Assembly (NCBI RefSeq): GCF_006345805.1
Contig: NC_043005.1
Location: 76,570,001-76,634,000 of the forward strand
Length of the DNA: 64,000 bases
Origin: Octopus sinensis
Taxonomy: Eukaryota
Reading direction: 5' to 3'
The notes under the pieces were generated by a model. The model saw nothing but the letters and a program-made list of their open reading frames with translations, did no database searches and was not told the DNA's origin. This document shows positions 12,861 through 26,620 of this stretch, piece by piece (position 1 is the first letter of the stretch; each line of letters opens with the position of its first letter). The position numbers and the translations under genes were made by a program.

Positions 12861-13431
12861 ATCTCAAATTGCAATAATAAAACACAATAGTGGTTTATTG
12901 GGCGAATTTGAACCCATCTATGTAAATTTGTACGGAATATTTCTTGCCTAGGAAGCTAGGGCTAATGCACATTTAACTAAACGTCTTTAAAGATATGTAA
13001 AGAGATATGTTTCGCTGTGTACGGAAAATAATGGTCCCATACATGTTAAATTTGTTATTACAAAGAAAGCTACCACAGTACTTTCTGCGTGGTCGATAAA
13101 CTCTAAGCCTTTTAAAACTAACAAATCTATTCCCCTTAAGCCACACCTCACCATCCATTTTAACGGAGAAAAGAAACAGTGAATATTATAGGCCTGGATA
13201 TGAATACATTCTATGAAAATAATACAGCTGGAAAGCCTTTGACTCTAGCTTTGATTCATCATATCTAACCTGAGGCTAAACAGCAACAATCTTTGTTTAA
13301 TGGCCTCATTTGTCGTTAAGTTGACACGATTGTCATTTAATTATCGGCTTTAATTTCCTTCCATTAATAGGAGTGTTGTTTTCTGTTCGTGTCAGAAAAG
13401 GATGAGACTGACCTTGTAATATTCACCTCGT

Positions 13432-13830
13432 CTAAGGCGGCGAGTTGCCAGAAACGTTAGCACGCCGGGCGAAATTCTTAGCGGTATTTCGTCTGTCGTT
13501 ACGTTCTGAGTTCAAATTCCGCCGAGGTCGACTTCGCCTTTCATCCTTTCGGGGGCGATTAAATAAGTACCAGTTACACACTGGGATCGATATATTCGAC
13601 TTAATCCGCCTGTGTGTCCTTGTTTGTCCCCTCTGTGCTTAGCCCCTTGTAGATAGTAAAGAAATTGGTATTTCGTCAGTCTCATGTTCTGAGTTCAAAT
13701 TCCACCGATGTCTATTTTGCCTTTCATCCTTTCGTGGTCAATAAATTAAGTACCAGTTGTGCACTGGGGTCGATCTAATCGACTGGCCCCCTCCACCAAA
13801 ATTTTGGGCCTTGTGCCCAAAGTGGAAAAG
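13432..13830 (+). mobile_element. Dimeric SINE with 14-bp TSD
   Basis: TSD AATATTCACCTCGT at 13418-13431 and 13831-13844; head GGCGGCGAG..CAGAAACGTTAG, B box GAGTTCAAATTCC; same dimer architecture as 12471-12860. Confidence 0.85.
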
Positions 13831-15659
13831 AATATTCACCTCGTTTCCAAGTACGTTACAGACAAAAATGCAATTAAATAGCCCCAGCTAGGATTCAAAG
13901 TAGTTCTGTTTAAGATTGAGAACCACATATTTCGAAAGTAAATCCAATAACTAAAAATACAAGATGTCACTATCACAACCCGAAACTTCATCGTATTGGG
14001 TATTAGTAATATGATTGGAGCCAACCTGAAAATCTTTCCATATACATTGCTTGATTGATCGTAAATAGATGTATCTATAAATGGAGATGGGAATATCAGT
14101 TAACTTCAAAGAGGAAAGGAGATCGTAACACTTTAGTGGGAATGGAAATCGAGATAGTCGTACCTTATCAAGCTTTAGTAAGGCAGGTGAAATGGTACGT
14201 GATACTGGTTAGTTTGGATCTCCGTGCAAAGACTTTAATGCCTAAATCTTATCGTTCTGGAAATCATCCTCTAGAGATTTTATACTTTCTATCCTGACAC
14301 TGTAAATTGAATATCGTAGATGTCTCGATCAACGACATTGAATAAAAGTAGAAATGATCCGTTTGACAAATAGAGTGAACGATGAAAGCTTTGTTATAAA
14401 CAGTATCGATAATATGAAATATGAAATCAAAGAACTTGCAAGTTCAGAAACATAAAGGTGTCGAATACAGAACATAAAACATTAATTTCTGTGCTATTTT
14501 TTTTTCTTTTGACCTAATTTTGATCAATTCATTCGGATATGCCTTGTGTCTGAACAGAATTGCTTCTGCACCTCTAATGGAATTGTGATGTCTCAAATGA
14601 ATTGAATGATTTTGACAAACCGCAACACATGTTTACTGGAAACTGATTGCTGAGTTCAGGTTTGATAACTTCAGTCTCATGCATGTTTATGTTTACTTTC
14701 GCCCAGAACAGAACATCGAGCAAATTCTCTTTAACTGACAACTAATTTCTGTAATTTCATTGTCTGAGTTTATTTTTGGTTTTGTTTTTCTTTTCTTTTT
14801 GCTCTTCGTTTTGTCGTTGTAGTTTCCATTAATTTAAGTGTGAACTCATTTGTTTTTGTGAGGCAACAAATAACAAACAAGACATTATAAAATTATATCG
14901 TTTCACAGCATTTAACGAGAAAAACTAAAAATAAAATGTTATTGTAGTTGTAAATATTTACTCGATCTCCTTTGTGCTTACTAGTATATTTATCAAAAAT
15001 TACAGTAAATCAATTCAGAACTGAAGGTTAATCTATCATAGGCAACATGCTTTAGAGACTCAAGTACTGAATCAGCAAAGGCGTTTGCTTCTTCGACACA
15101 CTACTAAGACGATAGTATTGTTTTATTCCAAACCTCCCGTTACTCACTGCAGGCTGGATATGTACATCGGCCAACATGCTGTGATGATTACTGTGCCATG
15201 CAAAAATATAGAAATCTAAAAAAAAAAAAGAATAAAGAAATCTACTGTGCCAAGCACATCCTACAAGATTAGGACCTTAATTAATGTTGATAGAAAAATG
15301 AACTGAGAAATTAAGAGCTCAAACAAATGGACTACAGTAGAAAAAAATAACGAAACAAATACGAAGAAAACAATATAAAACAGAAATAGAAAGCAATTTT
15401 TTATAGGGTTCCTAAATGTTATTCTGCAGAACTAACTCTAAACCATGTATATTAAATTGCTTTCGGTAGATAAATTATAATGTGAAAGCGGGTTAATTTC
15501 GAAAAGAAAGAATTGCTTTAGGACAGTATGGAGGAACACAATGATAGGGTGCAGGAGAATTAATAAAGAAATCAGTGGTCTAAATATTGTCACTACATTT
15601 TTGTGCCATCTCTAGCACAGACACTAAATTTCTGAACAACCAGTCCGAATAGAAAATTA

Positions 15660-16575
15660 TCAGCTTTGATTTAGTAAACAGAGTGGAAAGCAAATGGGCT
15701 GATGTGGAGTTCTTAGGCCCATAAGCTTGCTTCATAATATGGTAAAGCTTCCTGCTGTCATTTGCATAGCAACAGCCTAAACTTCACGAGCAAGATCCTC
15801 CCACCAAGTGTTCTGCATTTTCCTGAGAGATCGCTGCAGTAGTGATTTTACACTGCTATAGTGGGCGAGTGCTAGATTTTGCTGCACAGCAGACAGTCCT
15901 CTGTCTAGCAATACATTGTGGGCATGGCGCTTTACCACCATTAATCGCTGAACTTCAGTATCATTTTCATCTAACCTGTCTCTGTGTCTGGCAGTAACAT
16001 ATCCTAGTGTTTCAGCAGCACATTGAAGAACTTGGTCTCGAAAATCTTCTCATGCAGCAGTATTTTCAATGCTGTGCAGAGTTTTAGATTCAATAAGGCT
16101 TGCACAATACCTTATTGACATTATCCAGAGACAAGCCAGAGCAAGATGTCTGGTGCCAATATGAGTTGCAGGCGCATGTATGTGGGAGCACAGTGATCTC
16201 TAGCACAAACCAAAGATCCCCAAAATGACCAATGCCATTCCCTGCATATCTGGTTTTATATCAGAGTGAACTCCTAGAGACATGCTTCAACAGAAACTGA
16301 GGGGTGCCTCACTCCCAATGGTCTTTTAGCACACCGGACACCGTACCGGAATTTCTACGTACCCGTGCTATTGCTAGATAGCCGTTGAGCCTGCACTAGG
16401 TTCATTCGACCTCTAGCAGGTCTTGTTTTTAATCCTGCTGGGTTTCTAGCAACCCTCCTCACCAGGATAGCCTGGTGGGGGCGCCAGTTCAGTCGCCGGC
16501 AACCTGACCCTGCAAACAGGTTGTACTGGATTCCATGTTACCAGTAGCACTTATGAGAGCCTCATAAGTGACCTG
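15660..16575 (-). mobile_element. RTE-clade LINE relic (5' region and ORF linker, internally deleted)
   Basis: Minus-strand translation FRDQVLQCAAETLGYVTARHRDRLDENDTEVQRL...LQRSLRKMQNTWWEDLAREV*...RKLYHIMKQAYGPK matches the RTE/BovB EN-RT linker signature; the GC-richer 16300-16575 part looks like a 5' UTR. Confidence 0.72.
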
Positions 16576-16577
16576 TC

Positions 16578-16624
<47 letters not shown>

Positions 16625-16656
16625 GACACACACAGATACATAAATACATATATAAA

Positions 16657-17362
16657 ATGCTAAGAGAAGATATGTAAAATTAACGAGTACTTGGTTTCAT
16701 TGAAGCAACAGAGTTCTATTCTCACCCGGAAATGGTAGGACCTTCCTTGGTGACTTCTCTGAAATAGAAAAATTCATAAACTGTAACGTATCTGTTTATT
16801 CTTAACATGTTTTGGAAGATTCGAACAAGAATATCTGACCACCGTTGTTTTTCATCATTGAAGAACATCATCTTACTTTAGCCGATGTGTATTTATATGG
16901 CCGAATCGATGAATCTTTCCAGAGCACGAGCAGAAATGAGAAAATGAAATAAGTACTGATGCGCGCAGCTATTTTTCAAAGGGGAAAATTATAAGTCGTC
17001 GGGTGCACATAGAAAGGCAAGGATTCAAGCAATAGCATACTTATCCACATTCGAATCTGACAGACTGAATAAATAGGTTATTGTCTTGTGAATTTTGATT
17101 TCCGACGATCAACGTTCGTCTAAAGAAAAATTCAAAAGTATTTTGTCATACAAATCGGAAAAATGTCCTCAGACAAATTTATCATAATTCAGTCTTTGCA
17201 TAAAGCTAAAAAGAAAAAGAGCTATCGGCGAATAATTTCCATTTGACTTACCCCAACAAGCATAATATAAAAATGGAGTCAAGAATATATTTATGGCGGC
17301 CATGTTTTCCCATGACATTAGTGACGTAATTGGTTTACGATAATTATGACTAGAATCAAAAC

Positions 17363-17407
<45 letters not shown>

Positions 17408-17486
17408 TGTGTGTATGAATATGTACACACATATACACACACCCTCACGCACATATGCATAAATATATACATTTATATATAATGCT

Positions 17487-17576
<90 letters not shown>

Positions 17577-17592
17577 TATGTATATATATATT

Positions 17593-17653
<61 letters not shown>

Positions 17654-17717
17654 TAAGAGAAGATATGTAAAATTAAGGAGTACTTGGTTTCATTGAAGCA
17701 ACAGAGTTCTATTCTCA
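16657..17717 (+). repeat. 68-bp direct repeat (16657-16724 and 17650-17717), 1 mismatch
   Basis: ATGCTAAGAGAAGATATGTAAAATTAA(C/G)GAGTACTTGGTTTCATTGAAGCAACAGAGTTCTATTCTCA seen twice, each after a microsatellite. Confidence 0.9.
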
Positions 17718-18227
17718 ACTTTCTCACCTATGTATATATATATATACATATATATTTGTACATATATATAGATATCCACATTCACACACATATATATATA
17801 TGTGTGTGTGTAAGTTTGTGTGTATATGTGGGTGTGTGGATGTGTGTGTGTATTTATATAAGTATATCCCTTATTATTCAATGTCTTCACCGGTCGTTAC
17901 CAACCTGTCAATCCTTTTCTCAGTATTCACTCCCACAATTATTAACAAGTCATTACTTTTTGCTTTTCAACATTGAATATTATGAAGCGAAATTTTCACA
18001 CTTTAAGTCTACTAAACGACACCACATGAAATATTTCTTCTATCTCATACCATCTGTATGATAATACAAGCAATAGCGTAACCAACAACCCGTGAATATA
18101 ATAGACTGTTTTCTCATCGTAGAGAACAACCGAAACCTGCTCAGCGCCATTGGTACACGCTTAAAACCTGTTTGGCAATTGTGTAAGTAAAGGACATTTA
18201 AGTGACGTGGACACAAAACACCAATGA

Positions 18228-18281
<54 letters not shown>

Positions 18282-18486
18282 ATACACTCACACACATATG
18301 TATATATATATGTATCTATTCTTCTATTGTTTTAATTTTTTACTTGTTTCAGTCATTTGGTTGAGGCCATGCTAGAGCACTGCTTTGAGGGGTTATTTTG
18401 TCGAATAAATTGACAGCAGAACTTAATTTTTAAGCCTAGTAATTACACACGTTGTCAGACGGTGATATATACATATACATGCATAC

Positions 18487-18568
<82 letters not shown>

Positions 18569-19134
18569 TGTATGTATGTATGTATGTATGTATGTATGTA
18601 TGTATATAGAAATCCAGAGGAGAAGCACACGCTAAGATGTGGAGCAGTTCATATTATAGTGGGGTAGGACGGTCTATGGGATTTCTCTGAGTTTTCGCTC
18701 GTAAGGGGTTTAGCCTTACGGCTTTATACTCGAAACACTGCTGGCCTGAGACCTCTTTAAAATATGGAAGGGGAAAAGTCTCGTTTTTAAGGGTAAAACC
18801 CTAGGCAATTATCTCCATTTTCTGTTGTCCATCGATCTTCGGCCGCGCTACCATCTTGCGGTCACCAAAGTACCACGAAGGTAAACGATTGACACCCTTC
18901 GGCCTTGGCTATTGGTATGCTGCTATGGTGCTGCTATGGTGCCGCTATATGGATTCCAAAATGTCTGCAGAATTTTCTAAAATGCAGGCATTGTCTGAAA
19001 AATTTTCGTCCTAGATTTCAGGATGCCCCCTTGGACGAGCGAGTCGTTAAGGATCTTCGTGCGTTCAGCAATGTATAACTTGCACCCTTTCGACCCGTTT
19101 ATGTATATCTATCTATTTGTCAATCTTCCTTTCC

Positions 19135-19265
19135 ATCCATCCATCCATCCATCCATCCATCCCGTCCGTCCGTCCGTCCGTCCGTCCGTCCATCCATCCA
19201 TCCATCCATCCATCCATCCATCCATCCATCCGTCCGTCCGTCCGTCCGTCCGTCCGTCCATCCGT
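19135..19265. repeat. Compound (ATCC)n/(GTCC)n microsatellite
   Basis: Seen directly. Confidence 0.95.
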
Positions 19266-19778
19266 CCTTCTGTCTGTCTCTGGCGTAGAGAGAGCGTTAC
19301 AGAGAGAGAAAGACAGAGTAAGAAGGAGAAAGATAATGAGAGATAGAGAGAGAGAAAGAATGTATGACATTGCCTATGTTACGTATAGCCGTACGTTTAC
19401 GATATGAAGCATGTTGATATGATACATGTTGCATTTATTTTATATCGACATGGTTTGATTTGAGGTAATCGTGGTTTTTATTTCTAGAATAAAGAGTGAC
19501 CACTTTCCATGCAGCTGCTCGTATTTCCATTCTGTGTCGTAGTAAGCTGCAAACGCTACAGCATAATCCATACATTCTGCAAAACTTCATCACCGCATTG
19601 TGTCTTGGTATCGCTTAATGTTATTTTAAGACTAAATAGGTTGATGGAAGAGATCATTTCTAGAGGTTATGTTTGTTAAATATTGATTGCCAATTCACTT
19701 CAGATGGCGTTGATGCTCGGTATACACTTCCTAATAAACGTTGTTATTATTGGTGCTTTTATTGATGTTGTTGTTGAT

Positions 19779-20209
19779 GATGATGTAGCTATTTGTTTAA
19801 ACCAGGTCAGTTCTATTTAATCAGAACTTTAATCGAAGCCATTCCATCCGTGACCAATCAGTCTTATTCATGTATCGTGTATAAGGGTCACGTCGTTGAA
19901 TGTACATCTTTCGTTTAAATACATTAAAATATGAGTAGAAACAGATTTGGATACTAAATTTAGCAAGTCAAGTCGAGCGACCTCGTAGAGGCTGTCGTGA
20001 TGATGTAGCTATTGCTTAAATCAGGTCCGTTCTAATTTAAGCAGAACTTTAATCGAAGCCATTCCATCCGTGACCAGTCAGTCTGTTATTTATATATCGT
20101 GTATAAGGGTCACGTCGTTGAATATACATCTTTTGTTTAAATACATTAAAATACGAGTAGATTCAGATTTGAATTTAGCAGGTCGAGCGACCTCGTAGAG
20201 GCTGTCGTG
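19779..20209 (+). repeat. Tandem duplication, period about 220 bp, diverged
   Basis: Units start GATGATGTAGCTATT at 19779 and 19999 and end CGAGCGACCTCGTAGAGGCTGTCGT. Confidence 0.85.
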
Positions 20210-20235
20210 TTGCGGTGCACCGGTAATTATATTTC

Positions 20236-20762
20236 TTTTAATTTTGACCTCAATGCGTAATTGGTACTTATTTAATCGACCCCGAAAGGATGAAAGGCAA
20301 AGTAGACCTCGGCGGAATTTGAATTCAGAACGTAAAGACAAAGGAAATACCTATTTATTTATTACCCACAAGGGGCTAAACACAGAGAGGACAAACAAGG
20401 ACATACACACGGATTAAGTCGATTATATCGACCTCAGTGCGTAATTGGTACGTATTTCATCGACCCCGAAAGGATGAAAGGCAAAGTCGACTTCAGCGGA
20501 ATTTGAATTCAGAACATAAAGACAAAGGAAATACCTATTTATTTATTACCCACAAGGGGCTAAACACAGAGAGGACAAACAAGGACAGACACACGGATTA
20601 AGTCGATTATATCGACCTCAGTGCGTAATTGGTACTTATTTAATCGACCCCGAAAGGATGAAAGGCAAAGTCGACCTCGGCGGAATTTGAACTCAGAACG
20701 TAGCGGCAGACGAAATACGGCTACGCATTTCGCCCGGTTGCTAACGTTTTTGCTCGCCGCCT
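20236..20762 (-). mobile_element. Trimeric SINE array (period 184 bp) with two LINE-like tails
   Basis: Head at about 20760, then body-tail-body-tail-body; junctions read AAATAG|GTATTTC on the minus strand. Confidence 0.85.
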
Positions 20763-21324
20763 TCCTTTTGTTGCAATATTACTATTGAATTGCATTATCT
20801 TTCTTTTTCAATTAACTTTGCAAATAATGATGAATTAAATAAAATAACTGGCGTTTGCAACTTAAGTCGAGCACAAGTACTGCTGTTCTTATATATATTT
20901 CTACATATACTCTACATGGATGACTTTGATACTATTAATGTCTGGCTCAAATATTTATCGACTATGGAAGTCTTGTTTCGTTCAGCAGCTTCAATTCTTT
21001 ATTTTTTTTTTCTTTGAGATTCTACATGATTTTCATCAGAACTGAAGCCAGAACATTGAAATGAAACTCATGCTTCAATCGACTCTGACATCATACACAG
21101 TCCACTTTGATGTAAACAAGGATCCTTCACCTATTTGCCTGATAAAAAAAAGCGCGTTTTCTCTGAACATATTGTCATAGGAATAAGAGACTTTAAATAA
21201 CATAGTTCTACATAGAATGCCTGAAATCGTTTCATCATTAGTCCCTTCAGTTAGCTCTCTATCCATGTCTGTGTTTGCCTGTCAGTATGTCTGCCTGTCT
21301 GTATAACTCTCCCTAACACACACA

Positions 21325-21418
21325 CACACTATCTCTCTCTCTTTCTCTCTCTCTCTTTCTCTCTCTCTCTTTCTCTCTCTCTCTTTCTCTCTCTTTCTCT
21401 TCTCTCTCTTTCTCTCTT

Positions 21419-21497
<79 letters not shown>
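21325..21497. repeat. (CT)n microsatellite
   Basis: Seen directly; other (TA)n, (TG)n, (TATG)n and (TATC)n tracts occur throughout 1-33000 and 56800-61400. Confidence 0.95.
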
Positions 21498-21501
<4 letters not shown>

Positions 21502-22204
21502 AGGGAACGAACGGGAGAACAGCTTGAATAGATTCACACGGTTATTGCCAGTATATTAAAAGTGTCTGCTTCGTTCGTTCGCTCGTCTGTTTCTTCGTCC
21601 GTCCGTTCGATTATTTCTTTCCTTCGCTCATCTTTTCATATGTGTGTTTGTGTGTGTGTGTGTGCGTATGAGCGAGAGAAATAAAGAGAAAAAAAAAGAG
21701 AGGTAGAAAGAGAAGGAAAGAAGAGAGCGAGAGCATAAGAGGGCATGTACCTTACAAATACTTCGGAAAATTGTTATGAGTAACAAGCAGCAATTTTACT
21801 TAACTGAATATCTGTGCATTCGTTAGCTGCGCGTGCTAATTAACAAAAGTATCAATGCAGCCCGCCGATGTTTGCAATGGCTGGGTTGAAAGCTTCTTTG
21901 TATTCATCTACTTGTATTATTATACTCGTTTCAGTCATGTGACTGTGGTCATGCTGGAGCATCACCTGCCTGCGTTTAGCAAATATCCATTTGCCATTGT
22001 GAAAATAGACTGTGTTTAAATCACATCGGTGTCTGATTTACATAAACATTTTCATAAGTAGCGTTAAGCTACTTTCTCTTTCTCTCTCTCTCTCCCTCTT
22101 TCTCTCTCTCTCCCTCCCTCTTTCTCTCTCTCCCTCCCTCTTTCTCTTCCCCTTCTTTCCTGCCTTTGTCTCTGTCTGTCTGTCTGTATGTCTCTCTCCG
22201 TCTC

Positions 22205-22245
<41 letters not shown>

Positions 22246-22535
22246 AACGAATGGATTTTCGACCCCTGATGAACTAGCAACAAACAGGCGAAACTATTCG
22301 AGCGTTTATGTAGTTTGCTCTGGAGACAACACTATGGAGTAACTACAGAACTTTCTCTGCAAGGTTAAATGTTTGTCTCTCAAACGTAGTCGCACAAGCT
22401 CATCTGGAGCAGTTGATTTGTGGATGGCACATCTAATAAATCTAACATCTACGTGTCTTCCTGAAATGTGTCTTAGCTTGATCAGAGATGAAAAAAGGGC
22501 TCAGCAGTTGCAATAACGCTAGCAACATCAGCATA

Positions 22536-23091
22536 TTGGGTTGTCCGAAAAGTTTGTGCCGATTTATAGTAGCTTACCTTTCGACATGGTTGAGGCCATA
22601 AAATAGGATTTGTCTACACCTCCATTTAGAGTACAGTTTAAACTATATTTTCGTGGAAGAAGATTTATGTTCCTATAACCTGTGTTAATTCTGAAACACT
22701 TTGAAATGGAAGATAAGAATGTTCATTTTCGGCACTTGATGACTTTGGGAACCAGACAAAAATTGCTGCAGCTCAGCTGGGATGTGTTACCTCACCCTCC
22801 ATATTCATCAGATATTGCTCCTTCGGATTTCCACTTATTCAGGTCTCTGCAGAATAGTCTTAATGGTAAAAATTTAAATTCCTTGGATGACGTAAAAAGA
22901 TACCTTGGTGAATTCTTTGCCATGAAACCACCTCAATTCTGGGAAAGGGGGTATTTTCAAGTTAAAGGAAAGATGGAGACGCATTGTGCAACAAAATGGT
23001 TAATATTTGGTTGATTGAAAATGTAATGGCAAGTATTTATTGACCTTTTTCTTTCATTTAAAAATAGGCACGAACTTTCCGGACAACCCAA
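22536..23091 (+). mobile_element. Internally deleted mariner (Tc1/mariner) element
   Basis: TA TSDs; TIRs TTGGGTTGTCCG(A/G)AAAGTT(T/C)GTGCC; ORF 22682-23014 fuses N-terminal MEDKNVHFRHLM to C-terminal HPPYSSDIAPSDFHLFRSL (YSPDLAP motif). Confidence 0.92.
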
Positions 23092-23650
23092 TACATTCAT
23101 ACATACCTACATACATACACACAAACACACACACACACATACATACATACATACATACATACATACATACATACATACATACATACATACACACACACAT
23201 ACATACATACATACATACATACATACATACATACATACATAGAGCATTTTCATCAAAACTTCTAGCAAGTAGAAACATAAACCCGGTACAGCTGCCCTGC
23301 TGGTGTGAATAACTCTTCGAAATCAAAGAGTACAAGAAATAACAGTTATTTCGAAACCTCCAGGACCTATAACCTATTACATTGAAACTCCAGGTCCTAT
23401 ACTAAATTCTCATTTATACCAATAATAATTCGTACACTTGGTTTTGCTAATAAAGTACTAAGTGGAAATCCGATTGAACTAAATTTTTCAGAAAAAAAAA
23501 ATCAACTCTGCGAACAAGCACATTAGAAATACTATCTATAAGTAGAAGAATGAAAACATCACAGTCTTTTTTCAAATTTAGAATATAATATTATGTTTGT
23601 TATCAACATTCCAATGGTAGAGCTTTGTATCATTGTTAGACACCAACCTC

Positions 23651-24070
23651 GGATCTTTTCGGTTTGAACGGCAGTTTTTAACATAATTTCTAGATAACTA
23701 AAAAATTATAAACTTCGTATACTGGTAGAATGTGTTTATAAAACATCTTTTCTCTTGCCTTTATTGAGAAAATTCTATAGTTTGTAAAATATTTGTTGTT
23801 TTTTTCTTCAATTTCTGCAATTTCAACCAATCACTGATATCCATTGAGGTAAACAACATTCTGTGCCGTATGAATATGTCCCTCGTTTAAGAAACAGATT
23901 GGGTTTATCTACATTTGTGAAGAAAAAAAATACCCTTCACCCCACCCCTAACCCTAACCCTAACCCTAAAATAGATTGAAATGCAATAGATCGATACTAG
24001 GGTCATAACTATGGGTGACAATTTCATATGACACCGCTAGAAAAAACTGCCGTTCAAACCGGAAAGATCC
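23651..24070. mobile_element. MITE with GGATCTTT TIRs, 8-bp TSD and internal (CCCTAA)4
   Basis: TIR GGATCTTT(T/C)CGGTTTGAACGGCAGTTTTT; flanks CCAACCTC / CCAACCCC (7 of 8); CCCTAA tract at about 23946-23969. Superfamily (Merlin-like by GG ends and 8-bp TSD) is inference. Confidence 0.8.
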
Positions 24071-24665
24071 CCAACCCCTTCCATACAGAAAAAAACTTCA
24101 AATATCTTTAAAAAATAGAAGGGAAAACATATACTGTTAGTATATCAACCGAGCTATAGTTAAGTTCATTTGACAAAGCTATATAGCCTCCTCTAAATAC
24201 GGGAGAGAACGGAGAGGAAGTTGAAACATGTCATTCATGGCCAATCCAAGGTTACACGTCTTGTTATTTTGTTTAACACACTCTACGCTGACTTATTTAA
24301 TTTTTAAATAATATAGATTAGGTGAGTTGGTATTAGTTAATGTGATACATACCATAGAGCAACATAAACCTCGTTGAACTTTGTGACACTTTATTAACAC
24401 AAAGCTAAGTCAATAATATACACAATGCTGTGCATACACGCACACCCGCCCACAATAATACATACCATTCCACAAACAAAGGCACACTATGGAAAAACCA
24501 TTTACAGATACATGCGACGCATACATGCTTACGCTCAGACACACCTCTGAGCACTAATTGGTGACTAGCTATACCACGCTTACTTAAATATTTCATAACC
24601 CATTCTTCATATACGTGTTTGTGTGTTTCTGTGTGTGCAGATACATGTATAAATATGTATGTGTG

Positions 24666-24716
<51 letters not shown>

Positions 24717-24837
24717 ATATCTATCTATATATCTATATATCTCTCTCTATATATATACATACATCAACATACACACTGATATCAATACTGTATATATATA
24801 TACATACACATAGTATAGATATCAGTGTGTATGTAGA

Positions 24838-24913
<76 letters not shown>

Positions 24914-25229
24914 AGGAGAGAGAGAGATGAGTGTGTGTGTGTATGTGTGTGTGCGTACGTGTTTCTTTTTTTGTTTCAGTCGTTAGACTGCGGACATGCT
25001 GGGGCACCGCCTTGAAGCGTTTTAGTCGAACAAATCGACTCCAAGACTTAGTTTCAATGACTCCAAAACCTAGTACTTATTCTATCGTCCTCTAGTCTCA
25101 AACCCGCTTAGTTACGGGGATGTAAAAACACCAGCACCGGTTGTGAAACGGTGGCATAGTACAAACACAAACACACAGATATCTATCTATGTATTTATCT
25201 ATGTATCTATCCATATATATGTATATATA

Positions 25230-25300
<71 letters not shown>

Positions 25301-25302
<2 letters not shown>

Positions 25303-25586
25303 AGGCGCAATGGCCTAGTGGTTAGGGCAGCGGACTCGCGGTCGCAGGATTGCGGTTTCGATTCCCAGACCGGGCGTTGTGTGTGTTTATTGAGCGAAAA
25401 CACCTAAAAGCTCCACGAGGCTCCGGCAGGGGGTGGTGATCCCTGCTGTACTCTTTCTCCCACTCTTTCTTCTGTTGGCCTGCTCGCTTAGCCAGCGTGG
25501 TGGCGTCATTCGAAGGCTAAAACAATGCGAACGCATTGTGACCAGCGATGTGTAACAACATCTGATGGTCTGGCCGGTCATGTGAT

Positions 25587-25590
<4 letters not shown>
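25301..25590 (+). mobile_element. tRNA-derived SINE
   Basis: GGAGGCGCAATGGCCTAGTGGTTAGG..GGTTTCGATTCCCAGACCGGG head; body shared with 5500 and 27373 copies but different tail. Confidence 0.8.
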
Positions 25591-25622
<32 letters not shown>

Positions 25623-26065
25623 CGACGGGCTTCTTTCGGTTTCTCTCAACTTAATCGACTCTCAAGGCATTGGTCGATACTACTCCGTGCAAGGGGTCAC
25701 GGAGTGAGACTAAACCCGGAACTGCGTGGTTGGAAAGTAAGCTGCTTACTACACAACCTGCGCCTACAACCATAAACAGCGTGAAACTGACAGAGAGATT
25801 TTAAGGAAGTAATTAAAAATATTTTCAATAACTCGGGGAATGCTCTTCAAGTTCAAAACATTTAAATCTTTATCAGATCGTATCCACTAGCTAAAAGTAC
25901 CCAGTGTAGGAGTCGTTACCACAGCAGCAATGCAAAATAATTGGGGACAGATCAAATCCCCGTCTTAATCTTCACATTAATGTAATTTCGTTTCACTTAT
26001 GCTGTTACTTTTCCTTAATACGAACGCTAAAATGTCGTAATTGATCGACCTTCCATAGTGTAATA

Positions 26066-26308
26066 GTGGAGTTGCGTGGCTTAGTGGTTAGGGTGTTAGC
26101 ACCATGAGCGTAAGATTGTGGTTTCGATTCCTGGACCGGGTGACGCGTTGTGTTCCTGAGCAAAACATTTCATTTCACGTTGCTCCAGTCCACTCCGCTG
26201 GCAAAAATGAGTAACGCTGCGATGGACTGGAGTCCTATCCAGCTGGGGAACACATACGCCATGAAAACCAGGCCCATGAGCCTGGCTAGGCTTTAAAAGG
26301 GCGCATAT
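26066..26308 (+). mobile_element. tRNA-derived SINE
   Basis: TGGCTTAGTGGTTAGG..GGTTTCGATTCC head; tail shared with 5500 copy. Confidence 0.75.
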
Positions 26309-26620
26309 ATTTATTTATTATATTGTAATAGGCCGTTATATACGGTAAAAAGTAACTAATCATGAATGCTTTTAAATCTTAGTAGAATTTTAGCAATTTT
26401 GAGGGTAGAGTGAAGTTGGTAACATCGACTCCACTGCTAGCTTTTTTTTTTTTTTAATCGAACCTGAATGGATGAAGAACAAAGTCGGCCTCGGCAATAT
26501 TTGAACCCAGAACGTAAAGAGTCGTAAGAAATGCCAGTGCGATAACGTCTCAGCCAACGTGCAGCCTTCAGAAACTGAGAAAAAAACTGATAAATAATTA
26601 TAAAAAAAGATAAAAATTCG

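Noticed and set aside
18670-18745. Hairpin CGTAAGG-GGTTTAG-CCTTACG followed by CTCGAAAC as a hammerhead
   Set aside because: No CUGANGA core in the required position.
21075-21160. Possible terminal exon (QIGEGSLFTSKWTVYDVRVD*) on the minus strand
   Set aside because: Only an acceptor-like T-run/AG supports it; no recognisable homology.
25301-25376. tRNA-like sequences (also near 5500, 26066, 27373)
   Set aside because: A and B boxes are present but there is no complete cloverleaf and each continues into a shared repeat body; these are SINE heads, not tRNA genes.
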